Shown: positions 55,336 to 64,000 of the stretch, one piece after another
Layout: every line of letters starts with the position of its first letter
Numbering within the stretch: position 1 is the stretch's first letter
Source: Klebsormidium nitens
Lineage: Eukaryota; Plantae; Klebsormidiophyceae
NCBI GenBank assembly: GCA_000708835.1
Contig: DF237334.1
Coordinates: 25,316 to 89,315, forward strand
Direction: 5' to 3'
Length of the DNA stretch: 64,000 nucleotides
The notes under the pieces: model-generated
Told to the model about the DNA's origin: nothing
The model's database searches: none
Seen by the model: only the letters and a program-made list of their open reading frames with translations
Position numbers and translations under genes: made by a program

Positions 55336-55980
55336 GCTCGGCTCTCAACAACCATCCCCGCGCCAACTGCCCAAGTTTTCCTTCACTATCAAATGCACCC
55401 CTCCTTCCGCCCTTGCCAAAGTGTAACCCCCTAAATCTTCCTGTCCCACGGTCTTGCGGGTTTGCCAACGGAACTCTTGACGCACCCCCCTTCCCAACAC
55501 GACCAAACCCCCCCGCCGCCCCCCGCCCGGCAGAGCCACCAACCCCCCCCCAACTTCTAAAACCACCTGCACAGAATTCAGCAACTCACTCCAAGATGCA
55601 GATTTTCGGGCCGAATGCTGATAGGAGGCCGTTTATTTGTGGAAATTGGATCCTGCTATTGACGAACCTCTCTAATGCATAACACCTAACAGCAAACGTG
55701 AGGCAGCTGGCAGTCCAAAATGGCGGTCCGCCTCAGACCTTATTCAAGCGCACTATTCGAGAACAAGTTTGTTGGTTGGTGATGTAACTTACTCGACATG
55801 TGCACACGTGTCATTCGAATCCTTGTTACAATCTGCTAAATATCCAGAAGAACCTAGAACTTTTAGAAACAAAATCAAACAGTTTTAGCATGCCGTTCTG
55901 AAGGGGAAAAAATGTTTTCCGAAAAGGTGAATGGTCCTGTCCCTCAAGAAGACCACGTCAAACCGCTCACCTCAACAGTC

Positions 55981-58662
55981 TCATTGAATGCCCGCCTTCT
56001 TAAGCTTTTCAAGCAGCTCGTCCCGTTCTCGATTCAGCCGCTCGTCATCTTCTTCATCTCCTCCTTGAGGCGCAACTTCTCGTGGTCGATATTGTCCATC
56101 TTGTCCACCACCTCCCCAGCCCGCGAGTGGTGATACACGTGAAACAGCCGGGAGATGTCTTCCCACGCCTAGCATAATAGGTAGGAAAAAACGTTTCTGG
56201 ATCCGACGACGTGGGAAACTCAAGAGTAAGTCTCGTTTCTAGCACGCCTCTTCTACATGGACGTGGAGAGAAATATATGTCAAAACACAACAAGGACACG
56301 AACCAGCACAAACGTTGTCCCGCCCCTGACCCACTCGTTCATAAGTATGCTAGCTGTGCTTAAATTGTTTACAACGTTGATTGTGGTCTGCCAATGAGTT
56401 TCCACTAGTGCAATGCCCAAGAGTCACGGGCGAGGTCATGTTCACACATGGATAAGGTCACATGCTGACAGAACATCATGCACTCTTATCAACGAAATCC
56501 GTCAATTGCGAGCTGTGTCTATCTTATCTGAGGTTATTTGAACGACGTATATTACAGGATTCTACCAGATTCTTACCATTCAGCACGCCGGTCCGCAACA
56601 GGCCTCGTCCATAGGAAGTTGTTGAACAAAAGATACTGCTCACCTTACGTGGCTCCTTTTGCATGGACGGGATAAGGAGGTAGCAGACATGGCTCATCAG
56701 CTCCCGCGCATCCGAGTGCATCTCCTTCGTCTTGAGGTCGTACAATTGGTACGGTCCGGCAGTCGCAACCTCCACCTTCCAGGCCCCTTGTGCGTCCTTC
56801 TCGACCAAGGTGAAATTGACGATGAACCACAATTTGAAGTTGCTGAGAATACCAAAGGCCGACACCCCTTCATGTTGTCTCGCAACCTGGCGACGTGCTC
56901 GATGATCGCACACATCTGCAAACAAAACAACGGATCCATCATTCACGATAGCACATGCCATGAATCCACCGGATGCACCTTAGATACACGATCTAAGGTT
57001 GCAACCATCCTAGGGGCTCTTGATGCTCAACATTTCAATATCTATAATGGATCCTAGCAGGCTGAGCAACATACAAGCCTTTCTGAATCAAGCACTACAA
57101 CAAGCCTGTCCCCACTATGAACAAGCCTTTCAGAAGCAAGCGGTAGAAGGATTGTGCTCTAAAATTTGAAGATAACATACAGGACAGAATCCAGAAACAA
57201 ACGGTACAGTAGATGTGTTTGAAGCGAGCGGTAAGAAAGAACTACTATGTATGGAAGAACCGCGTCCCGAACTTTAAAGGTGCCTGGACTAAGAAATAGC
57301 AAAGATGCAAGAGCACTCACCTCGGCGACGAGTTGTGGCAGCGCCTTGAGGAAGTCCCTGTCAGAGAGCTTGGCCTGAAGCACACCTAGGAGCGCCATGA
57401 CCGGAAGGACAGTGAGGAATGTAAGCTCCACTGGGCCATGGCTCATCGACCCACTCAACCACCCTTCAAACCAGAGCTTCAGCACCCTCTCCTCCTCTAC
57501 CCTTTCCTCCTCTGCCACACGCTCAGTTTCAGAGCGTCCTTCCATGGGCTCAGCCGCAATGTTCTCTTCAAGTCCCTCCCCCTCTCCTTCATCCCCCTCC
57601 TCAGCATTCCCCCCTTCTGCTCCCTCCTCAGCATCTTCCTCATAGGCTGTTACAGCGCGCTTTTGTACTCATTTTCGACTTGCTCTTCGACCGCTTGGGC
57701 AGTAGTTTCTGCTGTAGCCGATGCCAGCCGGAGCCTTCTCTCTCGATCACAGGCCATTAGAGGCTCGAAGAAGTTTAGGAAAAGGTAATAGAGCTCCTTC
57801 TCAGCCTTCCCAGGAATAAAGCTTAAGGATATCGCCTTCTCAACGCTCGGCCAGACAATCTCTCTTAGCAGAAATTCGAGAGTGTCATCCTGAAGGGGCT
57901 CACACGACAGCACGCCAACATTTGTTGGCAAAGGAGACAGCACGGACGTTGTGGTCTGGCCGGCCATCAAGGCCCTTATGGCTGTCAATGGCTGCTCCTC
58001 TCGCACGTCGTAGTGGGTCAACCGCAAAACCGTCAACAGCCAGCTCACTATGTCTCCGAGTTCTACACCATAGTGGCGGCGGATAGCCTCGGCAGTAACC
58101 GAGCTGTGGCCGACCGTCTTCCCCATCCCCCGGCACAAATGCAGCAACTGACTGAAGATATCCTTCAAGATCCGACGGGGACCGGCGCTACTCAAGCATT
58201 GCTCAAAAATGGCCTTTGAAGGGCTGTCCGGGGTCCTGGGCGACCTACAGGCAAGGAGTAAGACGGGGAGTCGATCTTGTGGCCAATCGTGGGCGGATCA
58301 GCCTCCCCGAAAGAAAGCCGGCGAGGAAGAACAGGGACTTGTTGTTCGAACCCATCACCTATCGTCTCCAACAGCCCCCTGAATTGGCCAAGGAGCTTCG
58401 ACATGGCGTCATCGCCCTTCAGGACTGAGAGAACGCTAGGATCCCCATCAATGGCATTTCTTACTAGTAGATCCGCCAGCCGATCTACTTGCTCTTGCTC
58501 ATCCTTCTCCTTCCTCGCTGCAGCTCTCTCAGCAGCCTTTGCTGCTTTAAGTGCTGCTTCTTCAGGACCGATGGCCTTTGGGCAAGCCAACTTGTTGTGC
58601 CCCGTCGCACCGCAGCTACTACAGGTTGGAGCTTTCCTTTTGCTTCCACTTGAAGCCTTCAT
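55981..58662 (-). pseudogene. Frameshifted gene: N-terminal CCHC zinc knuckle, acidic tract and putative PD-(D/E)xK nuclease-fold (Crinkler REase-like) domain
   Basis: CSSCGATGHNKLAC at the start. Coding segments 58662-57321 (with +1 shifts near 58205-58245 and 57661-57664), intron 57320-56916 (gag|gtgagt ... tttgcag|atg), exon 56915-56649 (+1 shift at C4 56865-56868), donor gtaagg, and a terminal coiled-coil-like exon about 56150-55981. Reconstructed core: LWFEGWLSGSMSHGPVELTF...LGVLQAK..DFLKALPQLVAEMCAII...VSAFGILSNFKLWFIVNF. The fold assignment rests on my motif recognition only. Confidence 0.55.
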
Positions 58663-58973
58663 CCCGCCAAACAGCTACGGTACTGCCCTTGGTTATCTTG
58701 TTCGTTCCTTTTTCATGGAGTCAGACGCCTGTGATTCGTGAAGAAAGCTCCCGCACAGTCCACAAATTGAATGAGCCTGAGCAACTGGCAACTGCCATGG
58801 CAAAAGCTGTCTCAGACTCTCCTTGGGGCATACAGTTCGCCATCGTTGATTTGGGCCGCGTGTCAAAGACACCACGTGTCGATCTTAGACCGGGGTCCGA
58901 GTCGCCGGAATTAGGATTTGATGCAACGTCATTTGCTCGTATTGTATGACTACCGTAGTCCAAGGTAATGATT

Positions 58974-59329
58974 NNNNNNNNNNNNNNNNNNNNNNNNNNN
59001 NNNNNNNNNNNNNNNNNNNNNNNNNNNNNNNNNNNNNNNNNNNNNNNNNNNNNNNNNNNNNNNNNNNNNNNNNNNNNNNNNNNNNNNNNNNNNNNNNNNN
59101 NNNNNNNNNNNNNNNNNNNNNNNNNNNNNNNNNNNNNNNNNNNNNNNNNNNNNNNNNNNNNNNNNNNNNNNNNNNNNNNNNNNNNNNNNNNNNNNNNNNN
59201 NNNNNNNNNNNNNNNNNNNNNNNNNNNNNNNNNNNNNNNNNNNNNNNNNNNNNNNNNNNNNNNNNNNNNNNNNNNNNNNNNNNNNNNNNNNNNNNNNNNN
59301 NNNNNNNNNNNNNNNNNNNNNNNNNNNNN
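58974..59329. other. Scaffold gap (356 N)
   Basis: Run of N separating the zinc-knuckle gene from the retroelement. Confidence 0.99.
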
Positions 59330-59435
59330 AGAATTTGTAGATTCTCAGAGCGCGCAGCGCGCTGAGAATCGCGGCGCGAACCGCGTTAGAAATTTGCAAT
59401 CATTTCCCGCGCCGCGCCGACGCCGCGCAGCGGCG

Positions 59436-59442
59436 TATAAAA
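59436..59442 (+). promoter_or_regulatory. Candidate TATA box of the retroelement, downstream of a GC hairpin at 59341-59369
   Basis: TATAAAA following a GC-rich stretch, about 240 bp upstream of the gag ATG. Confidence 0.4.
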
Positions 59443-59680
59443 GAGCAGCTTGCTGCTCTTTTGTTTCATTCTGCTTCTCGTAACCACAGCAAACGCTCTC
59501 GTACTCCGCTTTAAACTTCTTCCTTTCTTCCTTCTCTTTCCTTTTGCTTCTCTCCGTTTGGATCCAGTAGATTCTTCCTGAGATTTGCTTGTCAAACCAC
59601 TGTCGCAATGGTGGGAGTAGATCTGAACCAAGGGGCTCCACTGCACAACTTCTTCGACGAACAAGCTGCAGACCCCGTGC

Positions 59681-60691
59681 ATGCTCGCGAGGATCGTGCA
59701 TGGGAGAATGCAAATTTCAACTAGAAACTTCGATCGGAATGTCTTCGCGAACTTGCCAGGCCAAGGTGTCCCTCCTGTGAATCCATTTGCTTTCTGGAAC
59801 AATCTCTTCAATGCACAGGCTCCTCAGCAGGCTGCTTTCCCTGGTGTCTTTGGAAATGCTTTTGCGCAACAGGCTCCTCAGGCTCAACATGCACCCCAGG
59901 CTCAACATGCACCTCAAGCGCAACAGGAAGCTCATCAAGTTCCGCCTCAGCAGGCTCCTCTTCAGCAAGACGCCCTGCAGCCAGGCAATCCCCTGAATGA
60001 CATGTTCAATGTCTTCACATCTGTTGTTCGTGACCTGAAGTCTGAGCTCAGCAGCATCAAGGACAAGATCGAGGACTCTGTGCATGACGCCATTTCTGGA
60101 AGCTTCGAGCACAAGAAGAGGAAGGCGGACAAGTTCAAGAACGAAGCCGCCAAGAAGAACTACATCCCCCTCGAAGAGACGCACATCCGCTTCTCTGCTG
60201 TGAAGGAGACTGTCTCGGAGGCCAAGGAGTCTAGGATTGGCATGGCGCCTGAGCAGCTGGAGAAGATGGACGAGATCCTTGACGAAGGTTTGTCTATTCT
60301 TCAGGATCGCATGCGTTTCTATGAGGTTGCAGAGGCTGAGACCTGGGATGTTGCCAAGAAGATTGATGAGCATGATTTCATTCTCGACCTTCCTGAAGAT
60401 GTGAAGTCCAAGCTCAAGCGCGCCAAGAAGGAGGTCAAGGCTGAGACCAAGGACAAGTCTGCGCTGAAGAAGAAGAGCTCTTTTGGTTTCCGCAAGTTCC
60501 GCAGCAAGAAGGGTGGTTTCCAGAAGGGTTTTCAAGGTGGTTTCCAGCAGGGTGGTTTCCAGCAGCATGGTCAGGGTGGAGGTCTGCGTGGTCCATGCTT
60601 CTCTTGCGGCCAGTATGGCCATCTCAATGCAGAGTGTCCGAATAAGGCAGCACAGGTTTTGCAGGCAGGCAGAGTAAATGCAGGACACTGA
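59681..60691 (+). CDS. Gag-like ORF1 (336 aa) of the YR retrotransposon
   Basis: Q/A/P-rich repeats (QAPQAQHAPQAQHAPQAQ), helical charged core, GGFQ repeats, and C-terminal zinc knuckle CFSCGQYGHLNAEC. The exact start codon is uncertain. Confidence 0.85.
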   Translation: MLARIVHGRMQISTRNFDRNVFANLPGQGVPPVNPFAFWNNLFNAQAPQQAAFPGVFGNAFAQQAPQAQHAPQAQHAPQAQQEAHQVPPQQAPLQQDALQPGNPLNDMFNVFTSVVRDLKSELSSIKDKIEDSVHDAISGSFEHKKRKADKFKNEAAKKNYIPLEETHIRFSAVKETVSEAKESRIGMAPEQLEKMDEILDEGLSILQDRMRFYEVAEAETWDVAKKIDEHDFILDLPEDVKSKLKRAKKEVKAETKDKSALKKKSSFGFRKFRSKKGGFQKGFQGGFQQGGFQQHGQGGGLRGPCFSCGQYGHLNAECPNKAAQVLQAGRVNAGH

Positions 60692-60905
60692 CATTTTCTG
60701 TAAGGAACATGCGCAGGAGCGCTTTCAGCTTGCGAGCTGCCTGGTCCTATAAACCAGAGAGGAACTCATTGTTCCTTTGGTTCGGGTGAACCTTTGCCTT
60801 TGCGATAAGGCCTGTTCCTTTGTCACATCTCTGCAGTTGATGCTATCGTTGTGTTGTACTTTCCTCCATGCATTCCTGGTGTTCCACTTTGTCCACCTTT
60901 TTTGA

Positions 60906-63900
60906 AGGTCTTTTGAATTCTCAGCATATCCACTGCTTATTCCTGTTCTCTTTCCTGCAGCTGAGTTGGAGTCTTTACACCTGCTGGCTGACCTCACTGA
61001 GGCAGCCGAATTTGAAGGTTTTCGTCGTGCTGCCAAGCCTTCTTCTTCGACCTCCTCTGGCCAACCTTCTGCTCCCAAGTCTGAACCCTGGCTTCGCAAC
61101 CGCCTACGTCAGCACATCGCTTTCTGGCGCACTTTTTGTACTTCTGCCTTCATTCTCAGCATCCTCACGTCTGGCTATCAGCTCCCCTGGTCCGCAAACC
61201 CTCCGGTTGGCCCGAGGCTCTTCTCGAATTACCCTTCTGCCTTCGAGTATCCTGAGTATCCTGCTGTCGCCTCTCTTGTTGCTTCTGGAGCAGCTCTTCA
61301 GGTCCAGAATAGGCCTTTCATTGTGAGTCCTCTTGGCGTCGTCCCCAAAGCTGTAGACAAACTCCGCCTGATCTTAGATCTTCGCTATGTTAACAGCTTT
61401 CTGCGCGTGGATAAATTCAAGTATGAATCAATTCGCGAAGTCAGCTCACTTTGCAAGCTTAGGGACTATCTCTTCAGCGTTGATATTAAATCAGGCTACC
61501 ATCACGTGGATATCCATCAGGATTTCTGGCAATTTCTTGGTTTTGAGTGGGAAGGACAGTACTATGTCTTCTGCCAGCTTCCGTTCGGCTTAGCAACCGC
61601 CTGTTTTGTTTTCACAAAGCTTATCAAACAGCTAGTGCAGCGTTGGCGCAGCTTAGGTATTCGCTGCATTCCCTACATAGATGACTTTCTCTTCATTCCA
61701 AGCTCTGCAGCTGAATTTGCTCAGGTTAAAGCTCAGGTCTTAGGCGACTTCGCTCAGGCAGGTTTCGTTCTCTCTACTGAGAAGTGTCAGCTTCAGCTTA
61801 GCCACGTGGTGAAGTTTTTAGGGTTTGTGATTGATATGCTCAGTGGCGTCTTCCGCTTGACTGCTCTTCAGAAGACCAAGCTTCAGGATGCTATCTCCTC
61901 CGCGCGCTCTTCACCTCAGCGTGTCCCTGCTAAGCTGCTCGCTCGTATCACTGGCCTTCTCGCGTCTATGAAGCTGGTCACCGGCTCAGTCTCTGGCCTG
62001 TTTACTCGCTACCTGCATCGAGCTCTGAACACCCGCTCTTCCTGGCGCTCGACTGTTTCCCTAGACGCTGCTGCTCTCTCCAAGCTTTCCTTCTGGACCT
62101 CATCTCTTGACCAATTCTCTGCGCGCCCTATTTGGCGGCAATTCTCCCTCGTCCTAGTTCTCCAGTATGACGCGGGTGCGAACGGCTGGGGAGGACACGT
62201 GGTCATCAGCGGTCAGCAGCATTTTGCTCATGGTGCTTGGGCTCCGGACGAGGTCCACGGCTGCCGTTCTTCGACGTGGCGCGAGCTCCAAGGTCTTCAC
62301 CGTCTTCTGCGTTCTGTTGGTCATCTTCTTCGCGGGCATCGGGTGATCGCGCGCGGTGACGCTCAGAACGTGTTCTGGATTCTCGACAGGGGTGGCTCTC
62401 GGCTAGAGCATCTTCAGGAAATCTGCCTCGACATTTTCTGGCTGTGCCATAGTCTTCACATCGACCTGACTCCGGACTGGGTTCCTCGCGCCCAGAATGA
62501 ACTTGCTGACTACTTGTCGAAGCTTGTCGATTACGACGACTTTGGTCTTCAGCCTGCGGCTTTCTCTCATTTGCTTCAGCAGCTAGGCCCTTTCGACATA
62601 GACTGCTTCGCTAGCGAGCATAACGCCTTGCTCCCCGCTTTCTTCTCAGAGCTTTGGACGCCGCGCGCGCACGCGGCGAACGCTTTCGCTCAACCCTGGT
62701 CAGGTTTTCGCTGCTATTGCTTCCCGCCGCCCAAGCTCATTCCCCGCGTACTCCAGCACGCTTTAGAGTCTTGCACCGACATTGTTTTGGTCGTCCTGGA
62801 TTGGCCCGGTCAGTTCTGGTGGCCACTCCTGCGTTCCGGTTCCGGTTGGGCTCCGTTTGTCCGGCGTTCCGTCCGCTTTCCTATGGGACCGGCTACGCTC
62901 CGTCGCGGTTCCGCTACTTCCTTCTTCGGCCACGGCTTTCCCCTCTGCGACGTTTTCGCTCTGGACATCCCCGTTTCCGGTAAGATATTCCGTTCCGTTC
63001 TGATTCTTTTCTTCTCTTCTGCAGACGTCTTCGGTCAGCACGCTTGGTCTCTCGAAGACGCTGGCCTTCCGGCCGATGATCCTGTTCTCTCGACTCTCCT
63101 GTCCGAACTGCGCGCGCGCGCGTCACAATCTCGCGCGGAGGGCACAGTTTCGACGTACAGCGGCCATTGGAAACGTTTCAAAACTTTCTGCCAAGCCCGG
63201 GGTGTTCCTTTTCTTCCTGCCTCTCCGCTGACGGTCGCCCTCTACTTCACGTTTTTGCTGCGCTCTGCCAAGACTCCGAGTCCTATCCTTTCGTGTTCTG
63301 GCGCCATCTTCTTTCATCATTCGATTGCGGGTCTTCCCTCTCCCACTCAGCATCCGATGGTCGCGATGGCGCGCCAGATTGCGCGCCGCACTCTCACCAA
63401 GGGCAAGAATCAGAAAACTGAGCCGCTCCTGGCGTCCCACATCTTCCAGCTTTTTGACACGTGGCTCCTGTCTCCCGGCGCTGACCTGGTCTCGGCAATG
63501 AAGCTGGCTGCTATCTCTCTGTGCTACGCTGGTTTCTTCCGTTTTTCCGATCTTATGACCGTTCAGTGGCAGGAGATTCGCTTTGAGTCTTCGCATATGG
63601 AGTGCTTCTTGGAGAAATCCAAGACGGATCAATTTCGCGAGGGCCGCTGGGTCCTGATTTCCCGGGTGGGAGGCGAAAGATGCATCGTTCAGTTGGTTGA
63701 ACGTCTGATCCACTTTGGCGGCTATGCCTCTGTCGGGCCGGGTGGCCTTATCCGCAACATTGTCTCTACTCCTGTTGGACAGCGGGTCTGCAGCAGCGTC
63801 CCCTGCTACAGCACGGTGAACGCGTGGTTCAAGGAGGCCGCCCAGCTTCTCGGCCTGGATCCTGACCAGTACGCCACGCACTCGGGGCGCCGCGGGGGCG

Positions 63901-64000
63901 CGACGCGCGCGGCGAACGTCGACGTTCCTGACCGTCTGTTCAAGGAGCACGGTGGCTGGCGCTCCGAGCGCGCGAAGGACGGCTATGTGGTGACGCGCCT
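60906..64000 (+). CDS. Single ORF of more than 1030 codons: reverse transcriptase, RNase H, Dam-like methyltransferase and tyrosine recombinase (3' incomplete)
   Basis: I translated it codon by codon and found no stop from 60906 to the edge (it is absent from the ORF track, presumably because no stop is reached). RT: SPLGVVPK..KLRLILDLRYVN, VDIKSGYHH, LPFGLATA, YIDD, KFLG. RH: YDAGANGWGG, WRELQG, RGDAQNV, NELADYLSK. MT: IDCFASEHN, YCFPPP. YR: AGFFRFSDL, KSKTDQFREG, HSGRRGGAT, HGGWRSE, DGY (Tyr codon 63984-63986). Confidence 0.92.

Larger units (their letters stand above)
59330..64000 (+). mobile_element. DIRS-like tyrosine-recombinase retrotransposon, apparently intact; left end in the gap, right end beyond the window
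   Basis: Gag-like ORF with CCHC knuckle followed by RT, RNase H, Dam-like methyltransferase and tyrosine recombinase motifs with no stops. Confidence 0.93.

Noticed and set aside
54374-55468. 364-aa minus-strand ORF and other long ORFs across the minisatellite
   Set aside because: They stay open because the GC-rich repeat lacks stops. Only the last 22 codons are real (a VPS33 exon).
59717-60694. 325-aa minus-strand ORF
   Set aside because: It is the antisense shadow of the gag ORF and has no motifs of its own.
63123-63950. 275-aa minus-strand ORF over the recombinase
   Set aside because: Antisense to a motif-complete YR domain, with no recognisable domain. Open antisense frames are common in GC-rich coding DNA.

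Overview
Eukaryotic, intron-rich, fairly GC-rich genomic DNA with streptophyte-type genes. A charophyte alga such as Klebsormidium is my inference, not something the sequence proves. By hand-splicing GT-AG introns I reconstruct: a MOSC/mARC-type molybdenum-cofactor protein (+, 8 exons), a very large TRM/LONGIFOLIA-like DUF4378 protein (+, 5' end unresolved, one homopolymer frameshift), a PUT/RMV1-type polyamine transporter (+), a plastid-targeted glycolytic GAPDH (GAPCp, -), a full hybrid-kinase ethylene receptor (+, 11 exons), and the 3' seven exons of a VPS33-like gene (-) whose 5' part is absent from the window. There is also a frameshifted zinc-knuckle plus putative restriction-endonuclease-fold (Crinkler-like) gene (-). 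Mobile DNA: a Harbinger/Tourist-type MITE, a 3' LINE fragment, a 30-bp minisatellite, and a DIRS-like tyrosine-recombinase retrotransposon running off the right edge. Three things stand out. (1) The DIRS-like element has RT-RNaseH-methyltransferase-YR fused in one uninterrupted ORF, with no ATG before the RT core and two phase-matched splice acceptors. (2) Short tandem duplications repeatedly span exon-intron junctions (six junction ladders in three genes), leaving decoy splice sites. (3) The putative nuclease gene sits where the missing VPS33 exons should be. No rRNA, tRNA or CRISPR array is supported.
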